Of a stretch of 64,000 nucleotides of DNA, positions 1-14,405 are shown one piece after another. The translations under genes and the position numbers were made by a program. The DNA comes from Phoronis australis. Its lineage: Eukaryota > Animalia > Phoronida. Position 1 is the first letter of the stretch. Each line of letters begins with the position of its first letter. Under the pieces are notes generated by a model. It saw only the letters and a program-made list of their open reading frames with translations, had not been told where the DNA came from and ran no database searches. The stretch is from positions 124,001-188,000 of the forward strand of contig NMRA01000062.1 in assembly GCA_002633005.1 (NCBI GenBank), written 5' to 3'.

Positions 1-1346
1 TGGTTAACTGAGGGAAAGCAGTTTATTTCTTTTCTGCAACAAAACCACAAAATACCAAACATATGCAGATACTGAGACATAAAGCTTCTCTACAGTCTAC
101 GAATATGCATTCAAAGTGCGTTTTTTGCTTTTATGCAATAGCAAACCTAGCTGGTCATGCTAAAAATGAGCAAAAATACACAAAATTGGCAATTTTCAAA
201 CCAAAACCATGACTCACATTTAACAACAGGGCACCAGAAGACAAGCACTCAGAATGCCTAAACATTCCAGATTCCAAAAAATGAGAAGACAATGGGTATC
301 AAGCACACCGTTTTTTATTGACCTAAAAAGTCCAAGGGGAACCTGAATTTCCAGCCATACCTTGCCTTGCCCACAGGGAGTGATAGAATCCACAAACAGC
401 TACGGTTGCAAGGAAAAAAGGTCATCAGGGCAACAAAATTCATTTTTCCAAAATAGGTTCAAGAAAACAAACAAATGCCATTGGGAGACACCTAACTTAC
501 ACTAAATCTCAAAATGCCCACCCAAGCCAGTGGGCGACAATTTCTTATGAAGGGTGGGAAATTCGACTGTGGCTCAAAAAAATAAGCTATTGAGTACCAC
601 TGAACATGAGGGATTGTTTACATTCCAAGACCTAGCACCAGGAAGTTCATGTGTTAAATTAGCCAATCAAAAGCAATTTGCTAATGTATATTTGCATGCA
701 TAAACAGTATATGACCAGCATGCTTCTGGTGATTTGTTCTATTTGAAATGATAAGAAGTGTTCCAAGTAACTACAGACAAGGACTGTTGTGAAATGCACT
801 GTCATGGTGTTGGTTAATGATTAGGGTTCGTCACTACTGGTATTGTGGTCTTTCTTACGTCCCTCATTTCTCATTTTTATTATAAAATAATAAATCCGTA
901 AGCGCAAGCATGCATCTAAACAGGCAGCCAGCTACATAGTTTGTTTCGGGAGCTATAAATTGAGAATTTCATGTGAGACCCAACGCGACATTCATCATTC
1001 CCACATCTTTCATTACCAAATTAGTATTCGCACCTAACAGAATACCGTAACAGAAATCCGACAGAGAATAACATTGATCAGTCTAGTGTTCTTGAACGTG
1101 AATGGCGGGTCTGTTTATTAATCTTGAAATTCAATTCAATATTTCAATCAAGAGTTCAAATATACCAGGGCAAGGTAAGTAGAGTGGTGCTAGAGTTTCA
1201 ATACATCAGGTTTCCTTGCTGCAATGTTGGTGGGAGAGCAAGGTCTGATAACATAGAATAACAATACACTGTAATTCTTATATCACAATAGCCCCATTGC
1301 CACAACAAAAGCTAAAAAACTCGGTCAATAGACTAACTCCCTTTAC

Positions 1347-1405
1347 CTCGGCCTATTCACAGATCCACCAAACACGTGGATCCCAAACAACCAATGAAAC
1401 TAGAC
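1347..1405 (-). CDS. Putative stop-containing exon of uncharacterized gene (GLVSLVVWDPRVWWICE*)
   Basis: TACTAAC branch point then taatctcag acceptor; GAG|gtaaag donor; phase 1 start fits the 14003 exon. Confidence 0.45.
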
Positions 1406-1564
1406 CTGAGATTAGTTAGTAAATAGAGGCAAGACATTCCTGAAGGAAGCACGGGAGATCGACTGCTGTTACACTTGAAATAAATGACGGCTCCAGCAAT
1501 GTTATTGCATGTACAGAGTGCAACCCAGAGTTCACTTCCTCAATAAAGTTGTACAAGAACACCT

Positions 1565-2110
1565 GAAGCGTGTTCAATAGAGTGAGCACCCGCGAGCGAT
1601 TTGAGCGCCCTCATCCTGAACAGCTGTGTTCACATTAGCGCTCGCGAGTGCTCGCGAACAACCTCGAGAGCATGTTCGCTTAGATTTCCAAGATGGCGTC
1701 CTGTGAAGGCTTCACGTCTGCAACATATGAACCCATTATGGTTCTGCAACACGAAAACTATAACCTCAAAAGTTGACCGACTCATCCGAAACTGCGACTT
1801 AAATTGCGGGTCGCTGTAGCGAGGAACAGTTTCCTCGACGTAATTTTCAATTCTTGTCGGGCCAAAGCCTTCACGGTTGTTGTCTTGGGCTGCCGATATT
1901 AATAATTATTGGCAAAGAATAATCACATTTATCGCTCAGTACGCCATAGGAAGGACTGTTAGTGTTAAGCTCATCGGCTAAGACGTTCAACACAATCTGC
2001 TTCAGAGTCGCCATACTGGATCGCACAGTGAGCGCTCACAGCTGTTCAGGAGCTGTTCCTTGTGTTCGCGAGTACACGCTAGCGGGCGCTCACTCTGTTG
2101 AACATGCTTC
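1565..2110. mobile_element. MITE / non-autonomous DNA transposon
   Basis: About 29-bp TIR: GAAGCGTGTTCAATAGAGTGAGCACCCGC ... GCGGGCGCTCACTCTGTTGAACATGCTTC; CpG-rich, no transposase ORF. Confidence 0.75.
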
Positions 2111-5100
2111 CTTTGTCAAGAAGCCTCTTTGTCAGGAATGCTGATCTAAGGTCTTTTTTGTGAAGTATAGAGTTACTACCACATTAAGGATGGCTTCACC
2201 GCAACAGAATATAGGATATAATAAAATCATATACTGTGGACTAAAACTGGTATTTTTTCAAGCTGTTTAGCTTTTGGAATTGTTACAGACATGTGGGGAG
2301 TAAAAAAAATTTAGCAGAACAGGCAGACTCTTAAATTTGTAAAAATCTGACCGGTCGACACTTCTGAAGTCTGGAGAATTTTGGTAGTTTGAATGCACTG
2401 CCTCTCAGTTTGTAGTACTTACAAGCAAATGGTGGCTTTGGGGTGAAAACTTCAGATTCGGTGTATTTTTGATTATTTGTATAAGTAGCTGATTGCACTT
2501 CCATTAGTCATAAAAGATATAAAATTTGACTTTGAATTCTGTGTTAGGTTTTTGACATTTTTGTTTCAGTATACTTTTCATGTTTTCAGGTTTTGTACAC
2601 CCTGCAGAACAGACTGTAGAAGCTGCCAAGAGGCCTGAACTTTCCAGCCCCAAATCAGCAAAACTGTTGGATGCCAGCCAACACTGCATCCACGGACATG
2701 CCACACAGTGCCTTCTTTAGGCAAACAGAGTGAACTCATGACAGTTCAAAGAGTTGGTGCTGATACAAAAACAAGAGTGTTACATCAACATAACAACTTC
2801 TGTGTACCCTTGATGTGACTATCTGTTGCGTGATTCTTACCAGTTAGACTTTGTGAGACAATACTGCAGCACTACCAAGTCTATGAAATGCTTTGTTACA
2901 TCACAATCTGTTAGAAAATTTACCATAATTAAGAGCGCTATGAGACATCTGTTTCAGCTCTTAGTATTCTTGCTCACCCGAGGGGAAAGGTGCTAGTTTT
3001 TGAAGTTCTGAGACAGGGATTTTTCGAATGTTGGTAACCCTCTAATCGCCACCACTTTCACACACCCTCGGCCCCTGCATGGTTATCACCATGTCCAAAC
3101 TGTCCACTGGCAATGCCTCCAGTACTGACACACCTAACTTAAATTTCCAAAGTGTTGCTGTGGTTTCTTAGATTATTCACGTTCTCTATTGTAACTCACT
3201 GCCATCTCTTAGGGCAATACCTTAAGTAATGCAGGAATTGCCCATCTTTGTTTGATTCAGGATGTCTTTCATGCCAAGAATTGTACTACGATGACACTTG
3301 GCCTAACTAAAAATCCAATGCTCCCTACTCGTTTGGCAAGTGGCCCATTATGTTGCACACTCCACAGAATTAATGAGGCACATAATACTGGCTGGACAAC
3401 CCACGAACTCTGTGCAACATTCCGCTAAAATTCACAGGCTAAAAGTCACATTTCTTGTCTGATTTTAAAAATTCAAAAACCAAACATCCACTTTTCATGA
3501 NNNNNNNNNNNNNNNNNNNNNNNNNNNNNNNNNNNNNNNNNNNNNNNNNNNNNNNGAGTTTGAACTCGAAATTTCGAGTTTTTACTCGAGTTTGTAGCAC
3601 GATTATAAGGGTCTTCAAGGGCAAACTTGAACTAGAAACTCCTATGCATAAACTATAATGTATTCGAGCACAGTCTGATAACCAATTATCTTAAGTTCGC
3701 ACAAAAGGAGCAGAAAAATTGCCAAAAACAGTTTCGAGTTCGTTTCGAGTACAAAGATTAGAGACCGGGCCCTGGACAGTTTGGGAACAGGAGGATTCTT
3801 GTCATGACAGATATACATAGCAGATGCCTAACACATTGCTAGGACAGTCTCCTACCATACCCTCCTGCAAGCTACATGTAGCTTTTACTTGGAATTGGGA
3901 CTAGCCTATGTAGTAGGAGTGTCTGGTTGTGAACCTGGGCCTGAAACTTTTGGGAATTTCACAATTTTTTAATATTCTTCAGAGTGGAATGTTGCTACAT
4001 TCTTCACCAGAATTTGAGTCATCGCGAACCCTGCTTTTGTTGGCTAATTATAAGTCAAGGTATGAATTTCTAAATAAAAAGTTGAAATCGTCAGAACATA
4101 AAGGTTATGTAGAACCTTATTAACAAGTCTGTACAATTAAGCCAAATATCTACAAAACATATAGATTTCAACTAAGCAAACAGTAAAAGCATGCAGAATG
4201 TTATTTTTGACTTTTTATCAGTGTGTGCTAATTGTATCATGTGACCATGTTTTTTTCGTAAAATTTAGCAGAAAAGAAAAGTACATTGATTGCAAAACAA
4301 TGGCAATTACACGATCAAATTTCATTTACTACAAAGGTTCAAGATGATTCTCAAAAATGCTGTTAAAAGTTTTTAAAAATTAACATTTCAAACTTGTTTT
4401 TAATTTTAATTATCAGTCACAGATTTTCATCCCTTTTAAACAAGGGGGAATCGAAGATTGGTTGGGCTTCAAGTCCACTTGCCCGGACTTCAAAACCAAC
4501 CGGCTGGACTGCAAAACCACATGGACGGAGATGAAACGCAATGGCTTCACCCAAAAAACTAGTTGGCAGAATCAAAAACACAATAGCCAGTGCTATAACC
4601 AGTAGGCCGGCGACTTGTTCGGCCATTGTGTTTGAGCAACGGCCAACCCGTTTTAGGTAAAGCCAAACAGTTTTTTGGGTGCGACCTAAGTAACTCACTT
4701 GTTTGCTGCAAACAATGCAACTTTTAACAGAGTATATTTGGCTTGGGACTAGTGGAATGGAACATTATGAAGGAGTGAACATTCTAAGTCAGGTTCATTG
4801 TTACATGGGTCCACTAGTGATCTGATCTCCAGTTACTTATAAGTATCCTTTAATGTTATGTAGGACCTTAATGACAAGACTGCATTCAGTCAACTAGTCA
4901 CAAGATTATAGAATTCAACTGTGCAAAGGTATATATGATAAAATCTCACCAAATTCGGACAAAAATAATTGCCAAGCAAAACTTTTTTCAGTTTTCAATA
5001 GCTTCTACCCTTGTTGTGAATGCTGTGAATACTCACAAACTTTCAAAACTTTTTTGATGGCAGTTGTGGTACAAGACCTGAACATGGAAAACCATTTAAT

Positions 5101-7619
5101 TTCAGATGCTACATATCTTTTGGAAAAATGACGAAACAAACTTTCACTGGTCGGCCATATTGCGTCCTAAACTGGTGGGACTTAACTGTATCTTCTGAAA
5201 GAAAGGCTGGTGAATTTGATTTTTTTACTTTACAATATGCAAATAATTAAGTCATGAGACAATGTGTTTTTAATAAAATTAAGCAAAAAGGAAAGTTACA
5301 AGCAAAACAACGGCATCAATAATTGGCCAAAAATGTCATTTGATGTAAGTGTTTGACATGAAATCTCAAAAACGTTGATAGCTTTCTAATTTTCATTTTG
5401 TTATACCTTTATGCAACCTTTGAGCGTTTTCATAAAAATCTTTAAGTCTTCTTTTTGATAGCCCCTCTTGCAAAAAGTGGGTCATTTAAAAACAATTCCG
5501 AAAAGTATTTCGGAGATCAGTTTATTAAGCACATGGTAATTCTTGACCTACTTAGCACACCGGCAATATGGCCAACAAGTGAAATTCCACCGTGACTTTG
5601 TCAAATTTGTCCCGAAAATAAAAATGAAGAAATTTTTAGTCTATTATTAGCATGATTTGCATTGTGTGGATGTCACAAAATAACTTTAGGTAAATTTTCC
5701 ATTATTTGCAAAATTGCAACTAAGTTGTCAATGGGAAATGAAGATTTTGGTAACCACTTCTTGCCAAAATTAGTTGAGAATAAACATTGTACCTGAAAGT
5801 TCTATTGGAATCCAATCAGGCATTTGTGAGATACAATATCTTATGGTTAGCCAACCTATATTAACTTAACCACAACCTAGTACTCACTTCAATACACTTG
5901 TTTATGATTTTTCTTTAAGCCAATGCCCCACAAAACAAAACAAAACTTCCGAAAAGATGAAACAATCCCAGTTTTGAGCAACTTACGTAACTCTGTGCAA
6001 CTATCAAATTTGGTTTCAAACTCTTGCAAAAACAAATTTTTGAGAAAAAATGTTTCACAGTCCAAAATCGAAGACTTTTTAAACAGGAAAAGCATTTGAA
6101 TAAAACTATAACAATACAAAAACCCTAATTTAAATTTAAAAAAGCATAGAAAATTGGACCTTTCGTTTAAGAAAATTGTATAAGAACACTCACCTATTAA
6201 TTAGCTAATACATCATTGAACAAATTCACAATGCTGATTGGCCTTTTAATTAAGTGCCAAAAACAAAATTGTTGACATACAACAAAATGGACTTCAGACA
6301 AGACAGTCCTGAACTGACCATTGTGACTATTGCTTGGCCTATTTTAAGTCCCACAAGGAACAGCTTATGTAAGAAAAAATAGATAATTACATAAGAGATT
6401 TGATGGGGCAGGTCAGACTATCACAGGTTGTTCATACACCACTTGTGCATTGTGGGTAATCTAGGAATATGAGCCAATAGCGATAAATCTCCATAATGCA
6501 CTTGGGAAAAGTGAAAAACACCTGAAGATATCCACATTACATAAAATTGTTATTGATAGGGTCATGTGGTCTTTTTCATTTACTAAACATTAGCGCAAAC
6601 ATATTTTAGAGGGTAGCAAAATAGTGAAGTCCAAAAACATTTACACATTTCTTAAAACATCTTTTTAAGATGAAATGTCAAGAAAGTTGGCACAAGTTTT
6701 CTTAGTAATCTTTTTAGTAAGTAGTTAAAATTGTTCATTTCATGCAAGTTTTGAGCTGAAAATCAATAAAAGTTACAAATTTTGATAGCATCTTACTTAA
6801 AAGAAAAAGAAACACTATAAAAAGAATTCTAAGCAACATTTGAGCAACTAAGAACGCAAGTTGAGGAAGAAGAAAGTACGCCAAAATTGTAGGACTGAAC
6901 TGTTATAAAAATGTCATCAAAATAATGTTGAATATACAAAGCAAGATAAATCTAAGCCTAAACTCCCTCCTTTTGTTCACATGAAGTTCAAACTTTGCAG
7001 CTCAAATGATCAAAATTATAAGACATGTAAATGTCATCAAAGACGAAGATGTAAATTACATAAATTTCAAGCACATATTTGCACCAATGTTCGCAGATCC
7101 AACATTGCAGCTCCAACGCTTGTCAAACGTGTCAGAAACGTCCAGAAACTACAACCGAGGCACTTCGCCAAATGTATGGTAAAGAGAAAAATATCCGATG
7201 ACGTGGCAAAAACTTGAAATATTCCGACTTAGTGATGACTTTCAATTGCAGGCGTATCGACTTTCTTCCTCCTAAACTGAAACTGCATATGTACTAGTAA
7301 TAATCACTTGCAGGGATCCTGCATTTTGAGAAGCAGATTTCTTCACTGTTTAAAAGGCATCAAACTGGTTCTCAAAATGTTTGCCATACAAGGGTTGGGA
7401 GAATTGGTGGAGACTGCATTAGGGATGTGGTGACATGTGAAACTTCAAACAAGAGCAACGCACCCACGACTATACTGCAAATGGTGTGCTGCTATGGTTG
7501 TTTAATAGTATCGTAGAAATTGCCATTAAAATGCACAACATACGCTGAACTCGTCCGAAAATGGGAAGGCGTCATTGTCACTCTGATACCAAACAATCTG
7601 CCAAATTTCACAGAAGGCA

Positions 7620-8300
7620 AAAGGAGCGAGGGATGGAGGGGCAAGTAGGGATGGAGGGAAAGGGATGGGGGAACAGAGGGTTGGAGGGGCAGGAAAGGGT
7701 TGGAGGGCAGGGAGGGTTGGAGGGGCAGGGATGGGGGAGAGGGAGGGAGAGAGTGGAGAGGGAGGATGGGGGAAGGGAAGGGGTGGAACGAGAGGGGAGA
7801 GGGGGGGGNNNNNNNNNNNNNNNNNNNNNNNNNNNNNNNNNNNNNNNNNNNNNNNNNNNNNNNNNNNNNNNNNNNNNNNNNNNNNNNNNNNNNNNNNNNN
7901 NNNNNNNNNNNNNNNNNNNNNNNNNNNNNNNNNNNNNNNNNNNNNNNNNNNNNNNNNNNNNNNNNNNNNNNNNNNNNNNNNNNNNNNNNNNNNNNNNNNN
8001 NNNNNNNNNNNNNNNNNNNNNNNNNNNNNNNNNNNNNNNNNNNNNNNNNNNNNNNNNNNNNNNNNNNNNNNNNNNNNNNNNNNNNNNNNNNNNNNNNNNN
8101 NNNNNNNNNNNNNNNNNNNNNNNNNNNNNNNNNNNNNNNNNNNNNNNNNNNNNNNNNNNNNNNNNNNNNNNNNNNNNNNNNNNNNNNNNNNNNNNNNNNN
8201 NNNNNNNNNNNNNNNNNNNGAGGGTGGAAGAGGCTAGGGGTAGGGGGGTAGAAGAGGGTAGGGGAAGGGGGAACGGAAGAAGAGTGGGATGGATGAGGGT
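7620..8300. repeat. Purine-rich (GA/GGA) tract spanning an assembly gap
   Basis: GGAGGG-rich sequence on both sides of about 410 N. Confidence 0.85.
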
Positions 8301-9650
8301 TTAGAAATAGAGCATCATTCTGGATTGAGTTTTTACCAAATAGATTTCTGCTAATTTTTATGCAATTTTTAAACAAAAAAATGGGAAATAGTATCTTTAA
8401 CTACAGTCTGGTCTCAGTTCATATATCAACCTCAACAAATATGTAATAAAGTAGAGGCGATCAAAGGTTATATGATACTAGATGGTATTGATGACCTCTA
8501 GTGTGTTATCCTTCATTGCACTAATGATCTCAGAGTACCACTATTACCAAAGTATACAGATTACGAAATCCAGTTGTTTAAACTGATAAATGTTATCTGC
8601 AATCAACCAAGGCAGATTACACAAAACTTGCAATGCAGGAACCACTCAACCTTTAGGGGGGGCACCAATTCTTTGCAGGCATGACTAGAAAATGGCAATG
8701 GGAAACCGTTTTAATGCTATACATGACTGTTCCTCAGGATGCTTTAGTTGCCCCCCCACTTGTAAGATCAAGTCATCAAGACCCATTTGCAACATCCTAG
8801 ACATCCAGCTTCAGTTGCCCCAACTGTTTACATAGGAGCATACAATCCTATATTCATTATAGAGATCCATGGTACTTATACATCTGACACTGGAGCAGCT
8901 TCGGTAAACATTCTCCAATTTGGGACAGCAAAAAAATAAATAAATTATGTTCTTAAAGGTAGCAGCTTAAGTCCCAAAATCTAGAAGATGGCAACACCAG
9001 CCATCCCAAATTCAAGAATCACCAGAAAGACGGCAAAATTACCCACTCCGTAGATTAAAACACATTGTCCGAAATTCAAGAAAAATGGTGAACGCCAAAA
9101 TAGTCCTTGTTCCAAATTCAAAGAAAATCCAATTTTGCGGAAGTTTCCGCATCCCAAGTTCTAGAGACTGTCAGAAATTTTAGAGACTTTTCCCAATTGG
9201 AGAATTTTTACGAAGCTTCTTAGTCATCATATTTGTTGAGATATTTGACAATTCCACCATACTGCATGCTAGAAAAGTATTTTAAAAGAATTGCAATCAT
9301 AAAACTAAACAAACCCAGAAGTCATGGTGATTTTTCCCAAAGGAAGGATTGGTATGTAATTGGGTGCCGTGGGTAACTTGGGTGGGTATCAGGCTAAGCC
9401 CCTGATGGGTATTTCATTCTTTAAGTGTGGTCTCAAGTTTCACGACTTTGATTAAAACATAGATGTCGTATTAAAAACAGGAATTATACACTTTCCTTAA
9501 ACAACTAAACCAACAGGGCCGATAAGGTTTAAAAAATGTTTGTTAGGTTTTTTAATACTTTTCATAGAAGAACGAGGCCCATATTCATCACCCAAAATGT
9601 GTCATCAAGGGTATCTTTTATTGAATAATTATTGTAATATCATAATCCCT

Positions 9651-10800
9651 AACACAAGCAACGTGGAGCATCGATATGCCCCCACCATGTGCATCTCATA
9701 TATAACAGGGATTCAAGGGGTGGTCATTATTTCAAACATTCACACTACAGGGAGCAATACTGAAGGTGGGGGCACAAAGCAAGCAAGATATTCTCTTATC
9801 AATATTTATACACCAGCCACTTTTCGTTATGATTCTTCAAGAGGTATTTGGAAGATAGGAAAGCGGAAGACAAATATGAACATTCATCAAGGAACTTGGT
9901 AGATATCAAAGCAAACACAAAGAAAAACAAACTGCTACCAGAGGACATGAGTAGTCGGATTTCTTCTGGAATCTTATTCTTATCAATAGAAAAACTCCCC
10001 AAATTTCATGAAGATCCTTCAAAGAACTTGGTACATATTGAGCCACAGGCAAAAAACAAAATTGTCACAAATGGAAAACGTAGTAAACGGATTCGTCCAA
10101 AAATCTTTGTTCGCTGCGCTATTCCCACATAAATGCCGATTTTCACAATAATTCCAGAATGGTTTGGTCAACAGCAATATACGATAGATGGCGTACAATA
10201 TATTGAATCCACTTGAAAATGAAAAGGCATCGTTTCCTTAGAAACTCATTTGCAAAATTTTGTGACAATCAGTCACTAGGGGGTACATCACTAGTCGTAT
10301 CTGTCTAAAAGTCATTGTCATTCATTGGCACCTTCATAGGACTATACTTACCACAATTTACAAAGACCCCTTAAGATCAAGAGATATAGCTATAGCTACA
10401 AAAATGCCACTAGGTGGCACCAGAGTAGTCGGAGTCATCCGAAAATTATCGTCAGCCGTCCTCTTCTCAGTGGGAATACATCTGCTAATTTTCATTATTG
10501 TTTCAGCAGTTTTGCGGATAGAGGCAGATGCCAAATATACATTTAAAAACAATAAAACTGGCCACCAGATGGTACTAACGAGTTATATTTATTCTAAAAT
10601 GTAAAGGCTTATTTGCCAAATTTCATGAAAATCTGTCGAGGGGCAAAAATTAAACAAATGCCACTATGGGACACAACGGTAGCTCAATACCTGCAAAAGT
10701 CGTGGTGGTCCGTTGTCATGTTTGTAATACACTTGTCAAGTTTCACAATGATCCTAGACGGGCAAGAGATCTTTTATCTATGCAGCTGCTATAATATGGA
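9651..10800 (+). mobile_element. Diverged copy of the same HINE-like family
   Basis: AACACAAGCAACGTGGAGC start; GCCACTAGGTGGCACC..GTAGTCGGAGTCATCCGAAAATTATCG block homologous to 50620-50720. Confidence 0.55.
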
Positions 10801-13245
10801 ATTCTTTTAGATCAGAAATTAAACGGTCCAATTCAATTACTACCTTTAAAGTAAATATTATAAAGTGGCTGTAATTTACTTTACCTTTTATACCCTGCCT
10901 GTCTTAATCATGTCATTTTTTTCATTGTCGTAAATACTCTCACTGTCTAGAATCATCTCTTAATTTATTTCATCTGTCTTAGTTAAATTTTTATCATTAT
11001 TTGTCATTTAGTTATTGTCTTAATTCTCAACCTGTTTTAATTCATGATTGTATCCTTGTTACGTATATTTCATTGTTGTTTTATTACTTCATTGTATTAT
11101 ATTACTGTTTTTCTTGTTGAGGGCCCTCTTGGAAAGCAGGGTGGATGCTATAAAGCCACTGTCTCCAGACGGACATATTATAGTCAGACATAGATGACTG
11201 CAATGTACAACCAATATAAATATGGGTGCATAAAAACAATTTTGCATGGTGTTAAATCGGAAAAGGCATCTTGACCAAGACAAGGCCTCTCATCTCAGCG
11301 GCACACCCAGAATACACAGCAAGACATTACAGCACTAAGCACTTGCTCAGGCAGCTGTCATTGAAATACTTCATTTTCTCCCACCTCATACTTGTTCCTT
11401 CGACGGAAATAACTTTGCGAGTTGGAAAAACAATTTATTTCGTGAACATAATCTTATGAGTAACAACAACATCATTGTTGTATAAATATTCTGCGTTTGC
11501 GATTAAAATATATTTTGAGTCGAGCAAATAATACGCAGCAGCATTCAAGAGGGGAAATGAATTTACAGATTGAATTCATGCCAAAGTCCACCACCTTCAG
11601 TTGAGACTAGTTATATAATGCTGGGAATATGTTATAGATTATAGTACCTGTATCTGGGTTCTTGACAGCACAGTGATAAGTCTGCATCTTGACAAGACAA
11701 TGCTAAGTCTCAAGCTAACTTTTGCTGGGCTGTGAAGCCTACCAAGCCATGTTGTTATCTTATGGTATTCCATGAGCACATACTCCCAATGAAACAGTAA
11801 CTAAGAAGTACCGGTAGTCCACCAGAGCACCACCCAACGAGGTGGGGTCAGACGATTTCCACCAAATTTGACTCATAGGTAGTCATAAGGGATCTATAAT
11901 CAGTGGTAAAATTGCATTGTACCCAGACTCTAAGTCAATAACTTTTACAACAGTGAAGCCATGTTCTCAGACACCAAAAGGCTGATTTTAACTCTGCACT
12001 TTTTCTAAGATGAAAGCTACTGGACTAATAGTCATTTAACAATGTTAAGTGATGCCAATATACTGCGATTCAAGTATCTTGAAAAAAATCAGTGATTTAC
12101 CACCCACATTGGTTAGTTCCACTACGCTCCCCCCCTCCTATTTCATACGCACTATTATACCTCATCTGCACTCATTGCCAAGAAAATGAAACCTTGACTT
12201 TAATATTAAACAAGCATGGTACATCCATCATACAAAATAAAAACATTGTCAGCCAACGTGTTAGTTATGTATTTTGGCAAACATACTTTAACAGAAATGA
12301 GACGGCTTTGACAGCATGTGGTAATACCAAGTTTTTAAAAAATCTTTTTCATGTCCTTCAAGAAATTATTTCGCAATTGAGCTTCGTCTTTCTGACAATT
12401 CCGCAACAAATCGTTCACGGCTCTCTTACGGCAAAATTCGATTACACCCTCCTTAAGGAAGGGGATACTGGTAAAGTTTCCAACTTGATTTTGAATCCCG
12501 TGTGACATACGTTGTCGCACTTGACACATATTGACGCCCAGAATCAATTTAACAAAAAGTGTTCTGTGTAGCAAATATCATGCCTTCAATATCCTCACGC
12601 CAAACTATGGTATTTTATTCATCTATATACATAATGTCTTGTACTTTTATTAACTACTATTTATTATTTATTTAGTATTTATTTTTAATTTAATCATTTG
12701 TCTTATAATTTTAGTAGCTTTTATTTTATTGTTTGTTTATTATTATATATCTTGATTCATCAGTCTTTCCCTGTCAGTTTCATGTTCATCATAGATTGTT
12801 TACGTCTTGTCTTTCATTTTTGTAAGTCTGTGTGTCTTACTGTATTTTTATGTTTTTTATTGAGGGCCTCCATGGAAAGCAGTGAAAACTGATGGGGTTA
12901 CCCTCATTGTAAATATCACAGTAAATAAAAAAGGTACTGGCATCAGCCGTTCCGACGTTTTACACTATGTCTTGTCTATAATATACAGAGAGTATACAAG
13001 AGTAACAAGTATTACAAGTCAGCCAAATTTACAGAATGTTTTTTAACTTACAGATGTCCCTTCCCCTCCCCCATCCCCCCCCCCCACCCCTCCACTCGCC
13101 CTCACACTACAAGTCTTATTTTTCAACTAATTACCATAAAATTTACACTCATCGTGTATCTCCTGAAAAGCTCAAGGCCTATTGTTTTGGGGCAAAATCT
13201 GACACAAGATGATGTTGCGATGGCCTATTTCTCAAGAATTATTTG

Positions 13246-13573
13246 CTGGGGCCCATTCCAAGAAATTGACTTATTGACTTAAGTATAAGATTTGTCTTGA
13301 CTTCCAAACTTTCAAACTTCCACATTTGGCAAAATAGTCAAAATTATTAAAAAAACTTTTATCAAAAGCGTAAGTCAAACTTATAAGATCTCTTTCTTGA
13401 AACGGTCTTGAGGCCCCCTATATTAATATAGGGGGCCTCGCTTTTGAGGTCCAAAATTCAATTTTTTGCCTATGTCATTTTAATAAGAATACGTCATTTT
13501 AAATAATAAGCTGTTGTTCACTAAAATTTAATATTTGTCTTAACCAAGTCAGTTCTCTTGGAATGGGCCCCAG
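13246..13573. mobile_element. PIF/Harbinger-like MITE with a central perfect palindrome
   Basis: ctg-GGGCCCATTCCAAGA...TCTTGGAATGGGCCC-cag (CWG flanks); 30-bp palindrome at 13410-13439. Confidence 0.7.
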
Positions 13574-14002
13574 AGCTCTAGCTCTGAGATTGTTTGAAGG
13601 AATCTTTTTGAAATTTGATTTGGTGTTTGCTTTTGTTTGCAGAATTGTATTAATTACAACCTACAATAACGTGATAACCTATATCACCACATCAGATATC
13701 GCAGGCAGTTAATAGGGGTAACAATCAACTGGGACTCGGAACATTTTGACTTCATCAAGCACTGCCCCCCCATCACTGATATTTTGACCTCCCATCCATC
13801 ACATGGCAAATTTCTCAATTCCTACTCTACCCCAACACATGTTCTGAACAATTTCACGAATATCAATAATTATGTATGATCCCTCATACAACACCATACA
13901 TCAGTATCAATATCAAAGTAATAAATCTGTCTAAAAACCAAAAATAGGGGTACTCCCACATATCAGAGTATAATTAAATTCATAAAAAGTATTCAGACTC
14001 AC

Positions 14003-14405
14003 CTATAATCTTTAGTTCAATGAGGAGTCTCAATACACGTACAGGCCCGCATCGTAAGACCAGCTTACATAGTTCCAGAACAGCTTTCCTCAACACTGTT
14101 GAGTAGACCGCCTCCATGATGACCTCGGAAAGGAAAGTTTCATCCGGCCATATAGCCTTAAACTCCACAGTCATGTTACAGCCATGCCGATATGGGTGAA
14201 ACGTTAGCATCGGCCGCCAAAACGTATTGCATATGTTGGTGACGTTATCGGAATCGGTCAAAAAGAGGCTGGCTGTTGAGTTTACTTCTGATTGGTTGTC
14301 ATACGTGTCGTGGTTATCTTCACCGTCACTCATACTGTGGTATCCACCCTGACCGCAGGCAGGCAGTTCTCCAGTGTCTGAATCTGATTTCTTTGTAACG
14401 TGAAT
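14003..14405 (-). CDS. Putative exon of uncharacterized gene (IHVTKK...RLLIELKII)
   Basis: ctatgcag| acceptor, AG|gtgagt donor, 403 nt open and GC-enriched; phase 0 start matches the 16932 exon. Confidence 0.65.

Noticed and set aside
4417-4698. 93-aa ORF with a hydrophobic stretch
   Set aside because: No recognisable homology or supporting splice structure; looks like a transposon remnant
7492-8376. Long ORFs of 183-294 aa
   Set aside because: They run through about 410 N and a low-complexity GA tract
12092-12930. ORFs 12092-12505 and 12335-12574
   Set aside because: No motifs; the region ends in a LINE/SINE-like 3' tail (GAGGGCC..GGAAAGCAG) that also occurs near 11120
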